Assembly (NCBI GenBank): GCA_017854795.1
Contig: JAFMHB010000001.1
Coordinates: 3,753-67,752 of the forward strand
Source of the DNA: Candidatus Nanopelagicales bacterium
GTDB lineage: Bacteria > Actinomycetota > Actinomycetes > S36-B12
DNA: 64,000 nucleotides
Direction: 5' to 3'
This document shows positions 56,223 through 64,000 of the stretch, one piece after another. The notes under the pieces were generated by a model. The model was not told where the DNA came from and searched no databases. It worked only from the letters and a program-made list of their open reading frames with translations. The stretch's first letter is position 1. Each line of letters starts with the position of its first letter. Made by a program: the position numbers and the translations under genes.

Positions 56223-56348
56223 AGGCTCAGGTTAGTTGAATCCAGATTCCCGCAAATTAGCGCATATGTCATAGAAAGTTTGTCTATTTTTGGCTAAATC
56301 AACTTCCTGATGCGCTAGGGTCGGTCGAACGATGAGGGTCGTTATCAG

Positions 56349-56378
56349 GGTCGATATCTAACCGGTCGATATCTAACC
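56349..56378. repeat. perfect 15-bp tandem duplication upstream of the oxidase operon
   Basis: ggtcgatatctaacc x2. Preceded by further gggtcg-containing units at 56318 and 56336. Confidence 0.9.
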
Positions 56379-56405
56379 ATTGGTGTTCATGTTCGAGATG
56401 AAAGG

Positions 56406-57122
56406 GTGTGTGTGAAAAAGTTTCTCGTTACATTCCTCACCGTGCTCCTCGGGGGAGCGATTGTCGCGGGAGTCGGGGTTTTCAACGCGGTCCAGCAGGA
56501 GGCTCCGCCCGTTCTGGTAGCCAATGTCGTGGGAACTAAGACTGCTCCATCGGGTGAAGAAATGCCACATGCGGAACTCTATTTAGACGTGTACCCCAAT
56601 AGTTCCTCGCAGGTTCCTCAGCCAGAGACGAAATCTCCCATAAATAACCTCCTGCTTGCCGGCCAGCCGTTTTATCACCCTTCGACGAGTTTGCAGGTGC
56701 CGTCAAACTCACTGGTCACCATTCACTTTCGCCAGTACGACAGCGGTGGCCAGATTTATAACCCTTATTTCTCCAAAGTTCATGGAACCGTTGATGGCAC
56801 CATGAAGTGGAATGGCGAGGAAGTAACCGAGATTAAGCCCGATGAAGTGGGTCATACCTTTACCGTGCACCAGTACCCGGAATCCACCCAGCCGTATTTC
56901 TTCATGTCAATCCCACTACCGATGAACAAGGCAAATGCCAAAACCGACAAAATGGGTTACCCAGTTGACCCGCAAATCGTCAGTGTCACCTTTATGACCG
57001 GAGATGCCGGAAGTTATGTGTGGAACTGTGAGTTCCCGTGTGGGGACCTGTACCAAGAATTTGGTGGGCCAATGCAAACACGTGGTTGGATGGCTGGAAC
57101 ATTTGATGTGGTGGATGCATGA
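56406..57122 (+). CDS. membrane-anchored cupredoxin-like protein of unknown function
   Basis: N-terminal TM. 'VGHTFTVHQ' and 'YVWNCEFPCG..GGPMQTRGWMAGTFDV' look like a cupredoxin C-terminal strand/loop but lack a canonical T1 or CuA ligand set. Confidence 0.5.
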   Translation: MCVKKFLVTFLTVLLGGAIVAGVGVFNAVQQEAPPVLVANVVGTKTAPSGEEMPHAELYLDVYPNSSSQVPQPETKSPINNLLLAGQPFYHPSTSLQVPSNSLVTIHFRQYDSGGQIYNPYFSKVHGTVDGTMKWNGEEVTEIKPDEVGHTFTVHQYPESTQPYFFMSIPLPMNKANAKTDKMGYPVDPQIVSVTFMTGDAGSYVWNCEFPCGDLYQEFGGPMQTRGWMAGTFDVVDA

Positions 57123-57976
57123 GCGCCGACACGTTGATCCCCGAAGAACCTGAAGCACCGACCAACCGTCCGCCTTCCATGGAACGCGTGCGATCGTGGC
57201 TGCAGCGCCCTTATGCCCGCAAGATTTTGATTCTGACGGTGGTGATCGGTTTTCTGCTCTTGCCACTGGCTTGGTTGCTTCTGGCAGCGATGAACCAAAC
57301 GGGTGCTCCCGCCTCCGAGATCATGAAGGACATTGAACAAACAGTCTTTGTTTTCACGTTGGTGTCAATTCCCATAACGGCTTTCGTGTTCGCGGTACTG
57401 GTCTACAGCTTGATCGGCTGGCGGCAGATAAGCGGCGACGAGCCTCCCATGCAGGACAGCCCAGCGATTCGCACCAACACAATCGGCGTTATTTTGTGGA
57501 CGGTTGCTTCCTCGCTGTTAGCGATGTTTCTCGTGGTCTGGGGCCTAGTTGAATTGGCTCAAATTACAGCCAATTCATATGGCTCAATTTCAGCCGATGA
57601 ACAGCCGGGTCAAAAAAGTTCAGAGATTATAAATGTCACCGGACAACAATGGGTGTGGACATTTGAGTACCCCGAACACAACGGTTTGACGTCAGACATT
57701 TTGTATTTGCCTCTGGATCGACCCGTGTATTTTAATGTCACCTCCAAAGACGTGATTCACAATTTTTGGGCTGTCGAACTGGGTGTCAAAATTGATGCGA
57801 ACCCAGGTGCCATCACTCAGACCGGTGTAACTGCGAACAAATTGGGTACCTTCAATGTTCGTTGTGCTGAGTTGTGCGGAATGCACCACGCCTTCATGCA
57901 AACGCAAATTCAGGTATTAGAACAGGACGCCTTCGATTCATGGGTCCGTGAAAGCGGAGGAAAGAAGACCTCATGA
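57119..57976 (+). CDS. ctaC: cytochrome c oxidase subunit II (CuA)
   Basis: Two TM segments. 'VIHNFW', CuA 'CAELCGMHHAFM'. No heme-c CxxCH. Confidence 0.9.
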   Translation: MSADTLIPEEPEAPTNRPPSMERVRSWLQRPYARKILILTVVIGFLLLPLAWLLLAAMNQTGAPASEIMKDIEQTVFVFTLVSIPITAFVFAVLVYSLIGWRQISGDEPPMQDSPAIRTNTIGVILWTVASSLLAMFLVVWGLVELAQITANSYGSISADEQPGQKSSEIINVTGQQWVWTFEYPEHNGLTSDILYLPLDRPVYFNVTSKDVIHNFWAVELGVKIDANPGAITQTGVTANKLGTFNVRCAELCGMHHAFMQTQIQVLEQDAFDSWVRESGGKKTS

Positions 57977-59937
57977 GTGTTGATACAGCGGTAGAAACGA
58001 AGACAGTGTTTGGAGCCGAAGTTCCCCAACCGCCACAGCATGGTGCGGCTGGTGGAGTAATGAGAGGGCTGAACTTTGGCACCGGGCTGATCGGTGGAAT
58101 TGGCCTGGCCGCCGTTGCCGGTTGGGTTACCGCGATTCTTACTCCTAGTTCAGCGTCAAATGCCTCCTTTGCCCCGATGGAACCAACCTATGTTTATCTC
58201 GCAGTCCTCCTCGGCTGGGTTGTGGGATTCATGCTCGGAATGGGTGCATTCGTTGGTCCACTGCGTTGGGTTGTCGGTCGAGACATTACCCACGCGGACG
58301 CCGAATACATGGCTGGCAAAGACCTGGGCCGCAAGCGCTACTGGAAATACACAACCGATCACAAAGTTGTGGGAATCCAATACTTGGTAGTCACCCTGTT
58401 CATCCTGGGATTCGCAGGTTTGCTTGCCATGTTGATTCGAACAGAACTCGGTATGACCTGGACTTCTCTGTTCACCCCGTCTTTCTACAACAGCATGATT
58501 GGTACACACGGAATTGCCATGATTATCGGCATGATCGTCGTCATTAGCGGCCCATTGGGTAACTTCATTGTTCCCATGATGATCGGCGCCCGCGATATGG
58601 CGTATCCGCGGTTGAACGCACTCTCGGTGTGGCTTCTTGTAGCGGCGGTCCCCATGCTGGTGAGCTCGATGTTCATGGGTGGAATTCAAGACGGATGGTC
58701 GGTGTATCAACCTCTCGCATCCCAAGCGCCTGTTGGAATGCTTGGTTATCAAATGACCATCATTATTTTCGCAATCTCAACGGCAATTGCCAGTGTTAAC
58801 CTGATGACCACAATTTTAACCATGCGCGCAAAAGGGATGACCTGGTCGCGCACACCAATTTTTGTCTACGGAATTTTTGCGGCCTCCGTTATGGGGCTTT
58901 ATGCATTCCCATTTTTCCAGTACGCACAGATTTTGGGACTGACAGATCGAGTCTTTAGCACATCGTTTTTTGATCCGCTGAATGGTGGCAGCGTCTGGCT
59001 TTATGAGAATCTTTTTTGGCTACTCGGTCACCCTGAGGTTTATGTCATCCTGATTCCATCGATGGCGGTGGCTCTCGAACTGATGCCTGTTTTCCTTCGC
59101 AAGCCTTTGTTCTCATTTAACTTTGCCGTCGCCGGCATAGTTGGTGTTGTTGCATTGAGCGGCTTGGTTTGGGCTCACCACATGTACATGACAGGTTGGG
59201 CCCCTGCCGCTAATTACCCATTCATGCTGTCGACAGAAATGATTTCAATTCCGGTGGGCTTCTTGGTCCTCGTTGCGATTGGCACCTTCTGGCGTGGAAC
59301 CGCATGGACTCGACTTCCACTGATGGCGGTGTACGCGGTAATTTTCAACAAGATGATTGGTGGCGTTACCGGCGTATATCTCTCCGACGTTCCAGCCGAC
59401 CAGTATTTCCACGGCAGCATGTTCGTGGTTGCCCACTTCCACTTCATGCTTATGGGAGCAGGGCTATTTGGAGCCATGGCTGGAATTGCGTTCTTCTTCC
59501 CCAAAATGACGGGGCGAATCCTGGACGAGCGGGTAGGGTCAATCGGCCTGTGGACCGCCTTTATCGGTTTTCAGATCACATTTATCTCAATGTTTGTCGC
59601 CGGGCTTCAGGGTCAACCCCGCCGGGTACTCGACTTCGATGATCAATTCAATCTTTCTAATTGGATTTCAACGATCGGTGCATACATCATTGGAATAGGA
59701 ATGTTGATCTTCCTGTCGGCAATCATCACTTCGTGGCGTTCGGGAGTTATCGCCTCCAGTAATCCTTGGGGATCCAAGTCCCTCGAATGGCAGACCGAAA
59801 CGCCGGTGCCGCTGGAGAACTTCCCAGTACTCCCTGTCGTAACCGAGCGGCCCTATAACTACGGTGTTCCAGATCCCTATGAAGCCGAGCTCGAATCAAT
59901 CGATGAAGACCTCACGGAGAAGGCGGGTACAAAGTGA
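57973..59937 (+). CDS. ctaD: cytochrome c oxidase subunit I with a ~115-aa N-terminal 2-TM extension
   Basis: 'YTTDHKVVGIQY', 'LGHPEVYVILIP', 'WAHHMYMTG', 'VVAHFHFMLMG'. The canonical start motif lies ~125 aa into the ORF. Confidence 0.9.
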   Translation: MSVDTAVETKTVFGAEVPQPPQHGAAGGVMRGLNFGTGLIGGIGLAAVAGWVTAILTPSSASNASFAPMEPTYVYLAVLLGWVVGFMLGMGAFVGPLRWVVGRDITHADAEYMAGKDLGRKRYWKYTTDHKVVGIQYLVVTLFILGFAGLLAMLIRTELGMTWTSLFTPSFYNSMIGTHGIAMIIGMIVVISGPLGNFIVPMMIGARDMAYPRLNALSVWLLVAAVPMLVSSMFMGGIQDGWSVYQPLASQAPVGMLGYQMTIIIFAISTAIASVNLMTTILTMRAKGMTWSRTPIFVYGIFAASVMGLYAFPFFQYAQILGLTDRVFSTSFFDPLNGGSVWLYENLFWLLGHPEVYVILIPSMAVALELMPVFLRKPLFSFNFAVAGIVGVVALSGLVWAHHMYMTGWAPAANYPFMLSTEMISIPVGFLVLVAIGTFWRGTAWTRLPLMAVYAVIFNKMIGGVTGVYLSDVPADQYFHGSMFVVAHFHFMLMGAGLFGAMAGIAFFFPKMTGRILDERVGSIGLWTAFIGFQITFISMFVAGLQGQPRRVLDFDDQFNLSNWISTIGAYIIGIGMLIFLSAIITSWRSGVIASSNPWGSKSLEWQTETPVPLENFPVLPVVTERPYNYGVPDPYEAELESIDEDLTEKAGTK

Positions 59938-60638
59938 GCACTTCGACACTGCCCGTCTCCCCAACAACGGGTGAGCCAATCACAACCATCGCTAGACGAG
60001 CACGCCTAGGACTGTGGCTACTTATCGTTGCTGACGTTGCCGGCACGATTGCTCTGGTTATCAGTTACTCCTACCTGTGGTCCCTTAACGTCAATGGTGG
60101 CTGGGCACCCCCCGGTGCAACTCTTACCGCCAATCAAACAAATAGCACACTTCCAACAACGCCATCCACGGCAACCTTCGCCGTCGAATGGCCTTTCTGG
60201 GCGATCTTGTTTGTTGTAGTTGTTGCTACCGCATTGATGTGGTTCGGGTACCGAAGCGCGCGAAGTGGAAACCATGCAGGTTTGATGGTGGGAGCGGGGC
60301 TGTCATTCCTTGTGACCGTAGCGGCGCTGATCTTCCAATGGATTCAAATGAGCACTTTCCCCTTTGATGCGGGAGATGGTGCATACGCATCTGCGGTTTT
60401 ACTCCTGTGCGCAAGCAATATTTTTCATCTTTTCCTTTTGTTGTTTATCGGCATGGGAATTTTTATGCGGGCGCGCAAGGGACTGATCGACAAAACGAAT
60501 TGGTACCAGGCCCAGTTGTTGAGCTACTACATGACGTGGGTGTGTATCGCATTCCTCCTCGGTGCGATCCTGACAACTTTCATGGTTGAGAGCCCAAACA
60601 CGGACCCGGCAATATTTGGAACTTTTAAACAGCAGTAG
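59934..60638 (+). CDS. ctaE: heme-copper oxidase subunit III-like
   Basis: Five hydrophobic helices. Position after subunit I with a 4-nt overlap. Confidence 0.65.
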   Translation: MSTSTLPVSPTTGEPITTIARRARLGLWLLIVADVAGTIALVISYSYLWSLNVNGGWAPPGATLTANQTNSTLPTTPSTATFAVEWPFWAILFVVVVATALMWFGYRSARSGNHAGLMVGAGLSFLVTVAALIFQWIQMSTFPFDAGDGAYASAVLLLCASNIFHLFLLLFIGMGIFMRARKGLIDKTNWYQAQLLSYYMTWVCIAFLLGAILTTFMVESPNTDPAIFGTFKQQ

Positions 60639-60642
60639 TTAA

Positions 60643-62130
60643 ATGCTTCCCAAACGAATGCAGAATCAGGTCTCCACACGTTGGTCACTCCTGCTGGCAG
60701 GTTCCTGTGCTCTAGCTTCCATGTATTTGGTGCTGGCCATGATTGGCGCATTGAGCGAGAACGAGATTATCGGCTTGCCAACGGTCCCAGAGCTGACGCT
60801 ATGGGGACTACCCTTGAGTTTGCTGATCAGAGATATTGCGATGGCGCTTACCGTTGGTTCGGTGTTGGTCGGAGGGGTGTTGGCACCGAGACCCGATGCG
60901 TTCTTGGGTCGGCTGACCTCCTTGAGCGCGTTGGTATGGATTCTGGCAATCGCGACTCAATCAGTGTTCACCGTTTCTGAGGTTCTCGCTTTTTCAATTT
61001 CGGATTCACTCAACGTAACTGTCTGGTGGTCACTACTGTCACAAACGACTGTCGGCCAAGTCATGTTGGTCCAAACCGTGATACTTGTTTTTGTCGCAAT
61101 TCTGGGTTGGGTGGTGCTTGACCGCGTCACCGGAATTATCATTTCTTCACTCGCAATCATCGCGGCTTTCCTACCCGGTCTCACCGGTCATTCAAGTTTG
61201 ACCGACACACACAATGCGGCATCAATCAGCCTAGGTATTCATATCGTTGCTATGAGTGCTTGGATTGGCGGATTGGTTGCCTTGGTGATCTACCTGTTGC
61301 ACTCAGGAAATGATTCAGGGATAGTCATTCGTCGGTTCAGTACTCTCGCTCTGATTAGCGTCATTGCCTTAGTCGAAAGCGGATTACTCAATGCGTCACT
61401 GAGACTTGATGGACCGGCAGCACTTGTTACCTCAGTTTATGGCGCGATCCTTCTGGCAAAAATCTCGATCCTGATTGTCTTAATCTCATTTGGTTGGCGG
61501 GTGCGGAAGAAAATTAATGAAAGCGCTGAAGAAGGTCCGATGAACAACGTGGCGATATCGTTGCTAGCGGGGCGTGAGATTCTTTGGATGGGCTTAGTCC
61601 TAGGGCTTTCCGTCGCACTCTCGCGTACGGCGCCCCCGGGTGAATTCCAAGCCGGCGACCAACTCATTTGGGTGGCCCTTCTGGCCCTTGCCTTATTTCT
61701 GCCATTTTCCATTTACTATCTGCTCCCACGCGGCAAGGGAACGGTTAAATTTTTCCAGAAGTACCCCGATGTCAGCGCGATCGCATTGACCATTTGGCTG
61801 TATCTCTTTATTACGTTTTTCACCTCCGTGACCATCGGGCAAAGTATCGGTGCTCAGTGGTTCGCCCTGCTAGGTTCGTTATTGACTATTTTTCTTGGGT
61901 ACCAGTTCATCAGTTCACTCTCACAGAACCGGAGCTGGTCAACGGCTGGATTCGCTGTAGTGGGCATCCCACTCGTTGGTTGGTGGTTGGAGCGCGATGT
62001 CAATGGTGGACTGCATTGGTCATTCTGGGTCATGACTCTGTTCGCAATCCTGTTCATTCTCTCCTTAATGCGACCCATTGCGCCACAATCTGAAATCCCG
62101 ATCAACGAATCTGTCCGGATTCCAGCATGA
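60643..62130 (+). CDS. CopD-family copper-handling membrane protein
   Basis: 'GLTGHSSLTDTHNAASISLGIHIVAMSAWIGGLVAL' CopD hallmark. About 12 TM segments. Confidence 0.65.
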   Translation: MLPKRMQNQVSTRWSLLLAGSCALASMYLVLAMIGALSENEIIGLPTVPELTLWGLPLSLLIRDIAMALTVGSVLVGGVLAPRPDAFLGRLTSLSALVWILAIATQSVFTVSEVLAFSISDSLNVTVWWSLLSQTTVGQVMLVQTVILVFVAILGWVVLDRVTGIIISSLAIIAAFLPGLTGHSSLTDTHNAASISLGIHIVAMSAWIGGLVALVIYLLHSGNDSGIVIRRFSTLALISVIALVESGLLNASLRLDGPAALVTSVYGAILLAKISILIVLISFGWRVRKKINESAEEGPMNNVAISLLAGREILWMGLVLGLSVALSRTAPPGEFQAGDQLIWVALLALALFLPFSIYYLLPRGKGTVKFFQKYPDVSAIALTIWLYLFITFFTSVTIGQSIGAQWFALLGSLLTIFLGYQFISSLSQNRSWSTAGFAVVGIPLVGWWLERDVNGGLHWSFWVMTLFAILFILSLMRPIAPQSEIPINESVRIPA

Positions 62131-62510
62131 GTAATGCGAAGCAAAAGCGAAAAGATTTTTGGCAGTTGCACGTCCCGCTGGCAATAGTCTTAGCATTTTG
62201 CGCATATGCCACCGTGATCGAATTTAGCCGAGCACAGGAAGGGGTCACTCGCGCCTGGGTCTACACCTTTCAGTGGCCAATCATTGGCATCTTCGCGGTG
62301 GTGGTGTGGAATCGTTACCGCAAGCACGGCAGCCTCACCACGTCAATCAGTAAGTACTTTCGGGACAGGGCAAAAAGATTTGAAGCCATGGAGCAGGATC
62401 CGGCTGCTCCCGAACTGCAAGTTAAAGATCCGGATGAAGTCGCGTGGAAAGAATATGTAACGAAAATGCAGCAGGAGAATCCACCGGGTGGCCCCCCGGA
62501 ACGGGCTTAA
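62127..62510 (+). CDS. small 2-TM hypothetical protein
   Basis: ATGA-coupled to copD. TM segments 'VPLAIVLAFCAYATVI' and 'WPIIGIFAVVVW'. Confidence 0.5.
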   Translation: MSNAKQKRKDFWQLHVPLAIVLAFCAYATVIEFSRAQEGVTRAWVYTFQWPIIGIFAVVVWNRYRKHGSLTTSISKYFRDRAKRFEAMEQDPAAPELQVKDPDEVAWKEYVTKMQQENPPGGPPERA

Positions 62511-63214
62511 CCCACTGTTCCGATCTGGAAGTCGGCAAGCGCAGCCTCGGGTTCTCCCTGAACATTGTGTTGATTATTGAACGGAGTGGATGCATCAACT
62601 CCACACATGGATTCCACGGGACCGCTCCCGCCAGGGTGCTCATTTATCCACTGGGTGAGTTCATATACATTTCCATTAACGACCGACCAACAATCATCCG
62701 GGGTTGCGTGTAGTGCCACCTCCGAAAGGGAGAAAGTTGACTCAGGGGGAATAACTGCCATTGGGGCTGCCATATCCGTATCTTCCAGCCATACGGATTT
62801 GGCGCCAGAGTGTCCGGCAAGAATGGTTGCCGAAATTGCGGCAAGGGAAACTAGCACGACGAGTATGCCCGTGATTGTTGAGTAAATTGATTTGGGTTTG
62901 GTGTCTAACCACAACCACAATGCACTAAGGACAACGAGTGCCAAGGAGGCATAAAATGTTCGGGATCCCCACTCTTGGTGGTATTCGGACACACTATCAA
63001 CTTTTCTGAGCGTCTCACCAGATTCCTTTGCTAGGAAGGCGCTTCCCGTTGCAACAATTAAGGTGCCACCAACGAAATACTTCTGCACTTTGCCACGAAA
63101 TGGTGGGATCAGGATCATGGCGATCATGCCTATTGCCCCTAAGGGAAGCAGCACGACGACCGCGTGCACCAACAGCGGATGGGCTGGGATTCCAAAAATA
63201 AATTCGGGAATCAA
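62507..63214 (-). CDS. DUF2231-like membrane domain fused to a cytochrome b5-like heme-binding domain
   Basis: N-terminal 4 TM segments ('HPLLVHAVVVLLPLG'). C-terminal 'DCWSVVNGNVYELTQWINEHPGG'. Confidence 0.65.
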   Translation of the reverse strand: MIPEFIFGIPAHPLLVHAVVVLLPLGAIGMIAMILIPPFRGKVQKYFVGGTLIVATGSAFLAKESGETLRKVDSVSEYHQEWGSRTFYASLALVVLSALWLWLDTKPKSIYSTITGILVVLVSLAAISATILAGHSGAKSVWLEDTDMAAPMAVIPPESTFSLSEVALHATPDDCWSVVNGNVYELTQWINEHPGGSGPVESMCGVDASTPFNNQHNVQGEPEAALADFQIGTVG

Positions 63215-63570
63215 CGTTTCTTCTTCACGACACCGATTTGGTACTCGGCTAAGTTGCTGTTGGGTGACCCTTGACCCGCATGTTGGGCGTTAAAAGCTTT
63301 TGATGCATTTTTGCCACACATGGCAATGATTCGGCTTGAACCGCCGGGGTGTCGACTGATCCAACCGGTAAGGTTGTAGACCTTTCGATTCACGACTGCC
63401 CAACAATCATTCGCACTATTGTGTTTTTTGACCGCCTTGAATGTAATCGGTTTGGTGGTGTTGGGAGCCGCACTGATGGCTGTTGGTGCCATTAGGCCCA
63501 GAGGAATAAACACTGATACGGAGACCGCGATTATCTTTGATTTTATTCTCATAACGTGATTCTGCGACAT
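63211..63570 (-). CDS. secreted cytochrome b5-like domain protein
   Basis: Signal peptide, then 'NDCWAVVNRKVYNLTGWISRHPGG...AQHAG'. Confidence 0.65.
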   Translation of the reverse strand: MSQNHVMRIKSKIIAVSVSVFIPLGLMAPTAISAAPNTTKPITFKAVKKHNSANDCWAVVNRKVYNLTGWISRHPGGSSRIIAMCGKNASKAFNAQHAGQGSPNSNLAEYQIGVVKKKR

Positions 63571-63576
63571 GACTGA

Positions 63577-64000
63577 TTAATCTGCAATCTGGGATGAATT
63601 TTTGGTGTCTACCACCGGTTCATCGTAGTCCGCTACGACGGGTGTTTTGGTGGGACGCCTGATAATCCAAGTGAAGAAAGCCAGAACAACTGCTACGCCT
63701 GCAAGGACTTCGAATAGCTGCAGGGTGCCCGTTTGGGCAAATTCGACGAGAGTGCCACCAATTTGTTGGCTGAGAATGAAGATGGCCATGACAAGTACAA
63801 ACCAGCCAAAACCCCTTCGTAGCTTCTCTGGGTGGATCTTGCCCACGACTCGACTTCCAATGAGAACACCGACGATTGCTGCCGCAGTCACAATAAGGGT
63901 GGCAGTCCAATTGATTTCTGTCTCGGGGTTAAGGGAGACCAAACTGCCATTGCCGAACTGGAGTGCATAACCTGCGAAGCCGGCAAAGGACTTCATTGCA
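63577..64000 (-). CDS. TSUP (TauE/SafE) family permease, C-terminal part; gene runs off the window
   Basis: The frame is open to nt 64000. 'LRRGFGWFVLVMAIFIL' resembles a TauE C-terminus. Confidence 0.55.
   Translation of the reverse strand, partial: AMKSFAGFAGYALQFGNGSLVSLNPETEINWTATLIVTAAAIVGVLIGSRVVGKIHPEKLRRGFGWFVLVMAIFILSQQIGGTLVEFAQTGTLQLFEVLAGVAVVLAFFTWIIRRPTKTPVVADYDEPVVDTKNSSQIAD

Noticed and set aside
1-64000. A search by eye for CRISPR arrays, rRNA genes and additional tRNAs.
   Set aside because: No regularly spaced 25-40-nt repeats, rRNA-like segments or further cloverleaf candidates were seen. Only tRNA-Arg(CCT) was found. An automated scan (minced, barrnap, tRNAscan-SE) would still be needed to be sure.

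Overview
This 64-kb segment reads like a moderate-GC Actinomycetota chromosome. Supporting signs are a mycofactocin locus, many GTG starts and ATGA-coupled operons, and a CtaC without a heme-c domain. It falls into four blocks. (i) 1-2.7 kb holds a LuxR-type response regulator, a multi-TM histidine kinase and one tRNA-Arg(CCT). (ii) 2.7-20.8 kb is accessory DNA: two tandem islands bounded by three direct copies of a ~38-nt sequence that begins inside the 5' end of the tRNA. Island 1 carries a tyrosine-recombinase-like / IS4-like DDE / XRE module, an hsdM remnant, a SAM-MTase, a GNAT, a VanY-like M15 peptidase, an OmpR/HK pair, and a decayed IS3 pair bracketing a DUF305-propeller fusion. Island 2 is visibly GC-richer; it carries HK-RR-FG-GAP propeller genes but no recombinase. 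(iii) 21-52 kb holds a complete mycofactocin cluster (mftABCDE+SDR, with mftR-mftF divergent). It is followed by a ~21-kb redox/catabolic supercluster: a hydantoinase-type operon with an ABC importer, two nicotinoprotein-type Zn-ADHs, ALDH, OYE, SDRs, and a flavoprotein plus two PrpD-like genes. (iv) 52-64 kb holds MscL, TlpA, CtaG, an aa3-type oxidase operon with unusual extras, CopD and two cytochrome-b5-domain proteins. No CRISPR array or rRNA was seen. All calls rest on by-eye motif recognition on the supplied ORF track and the DNA; no database search was run.
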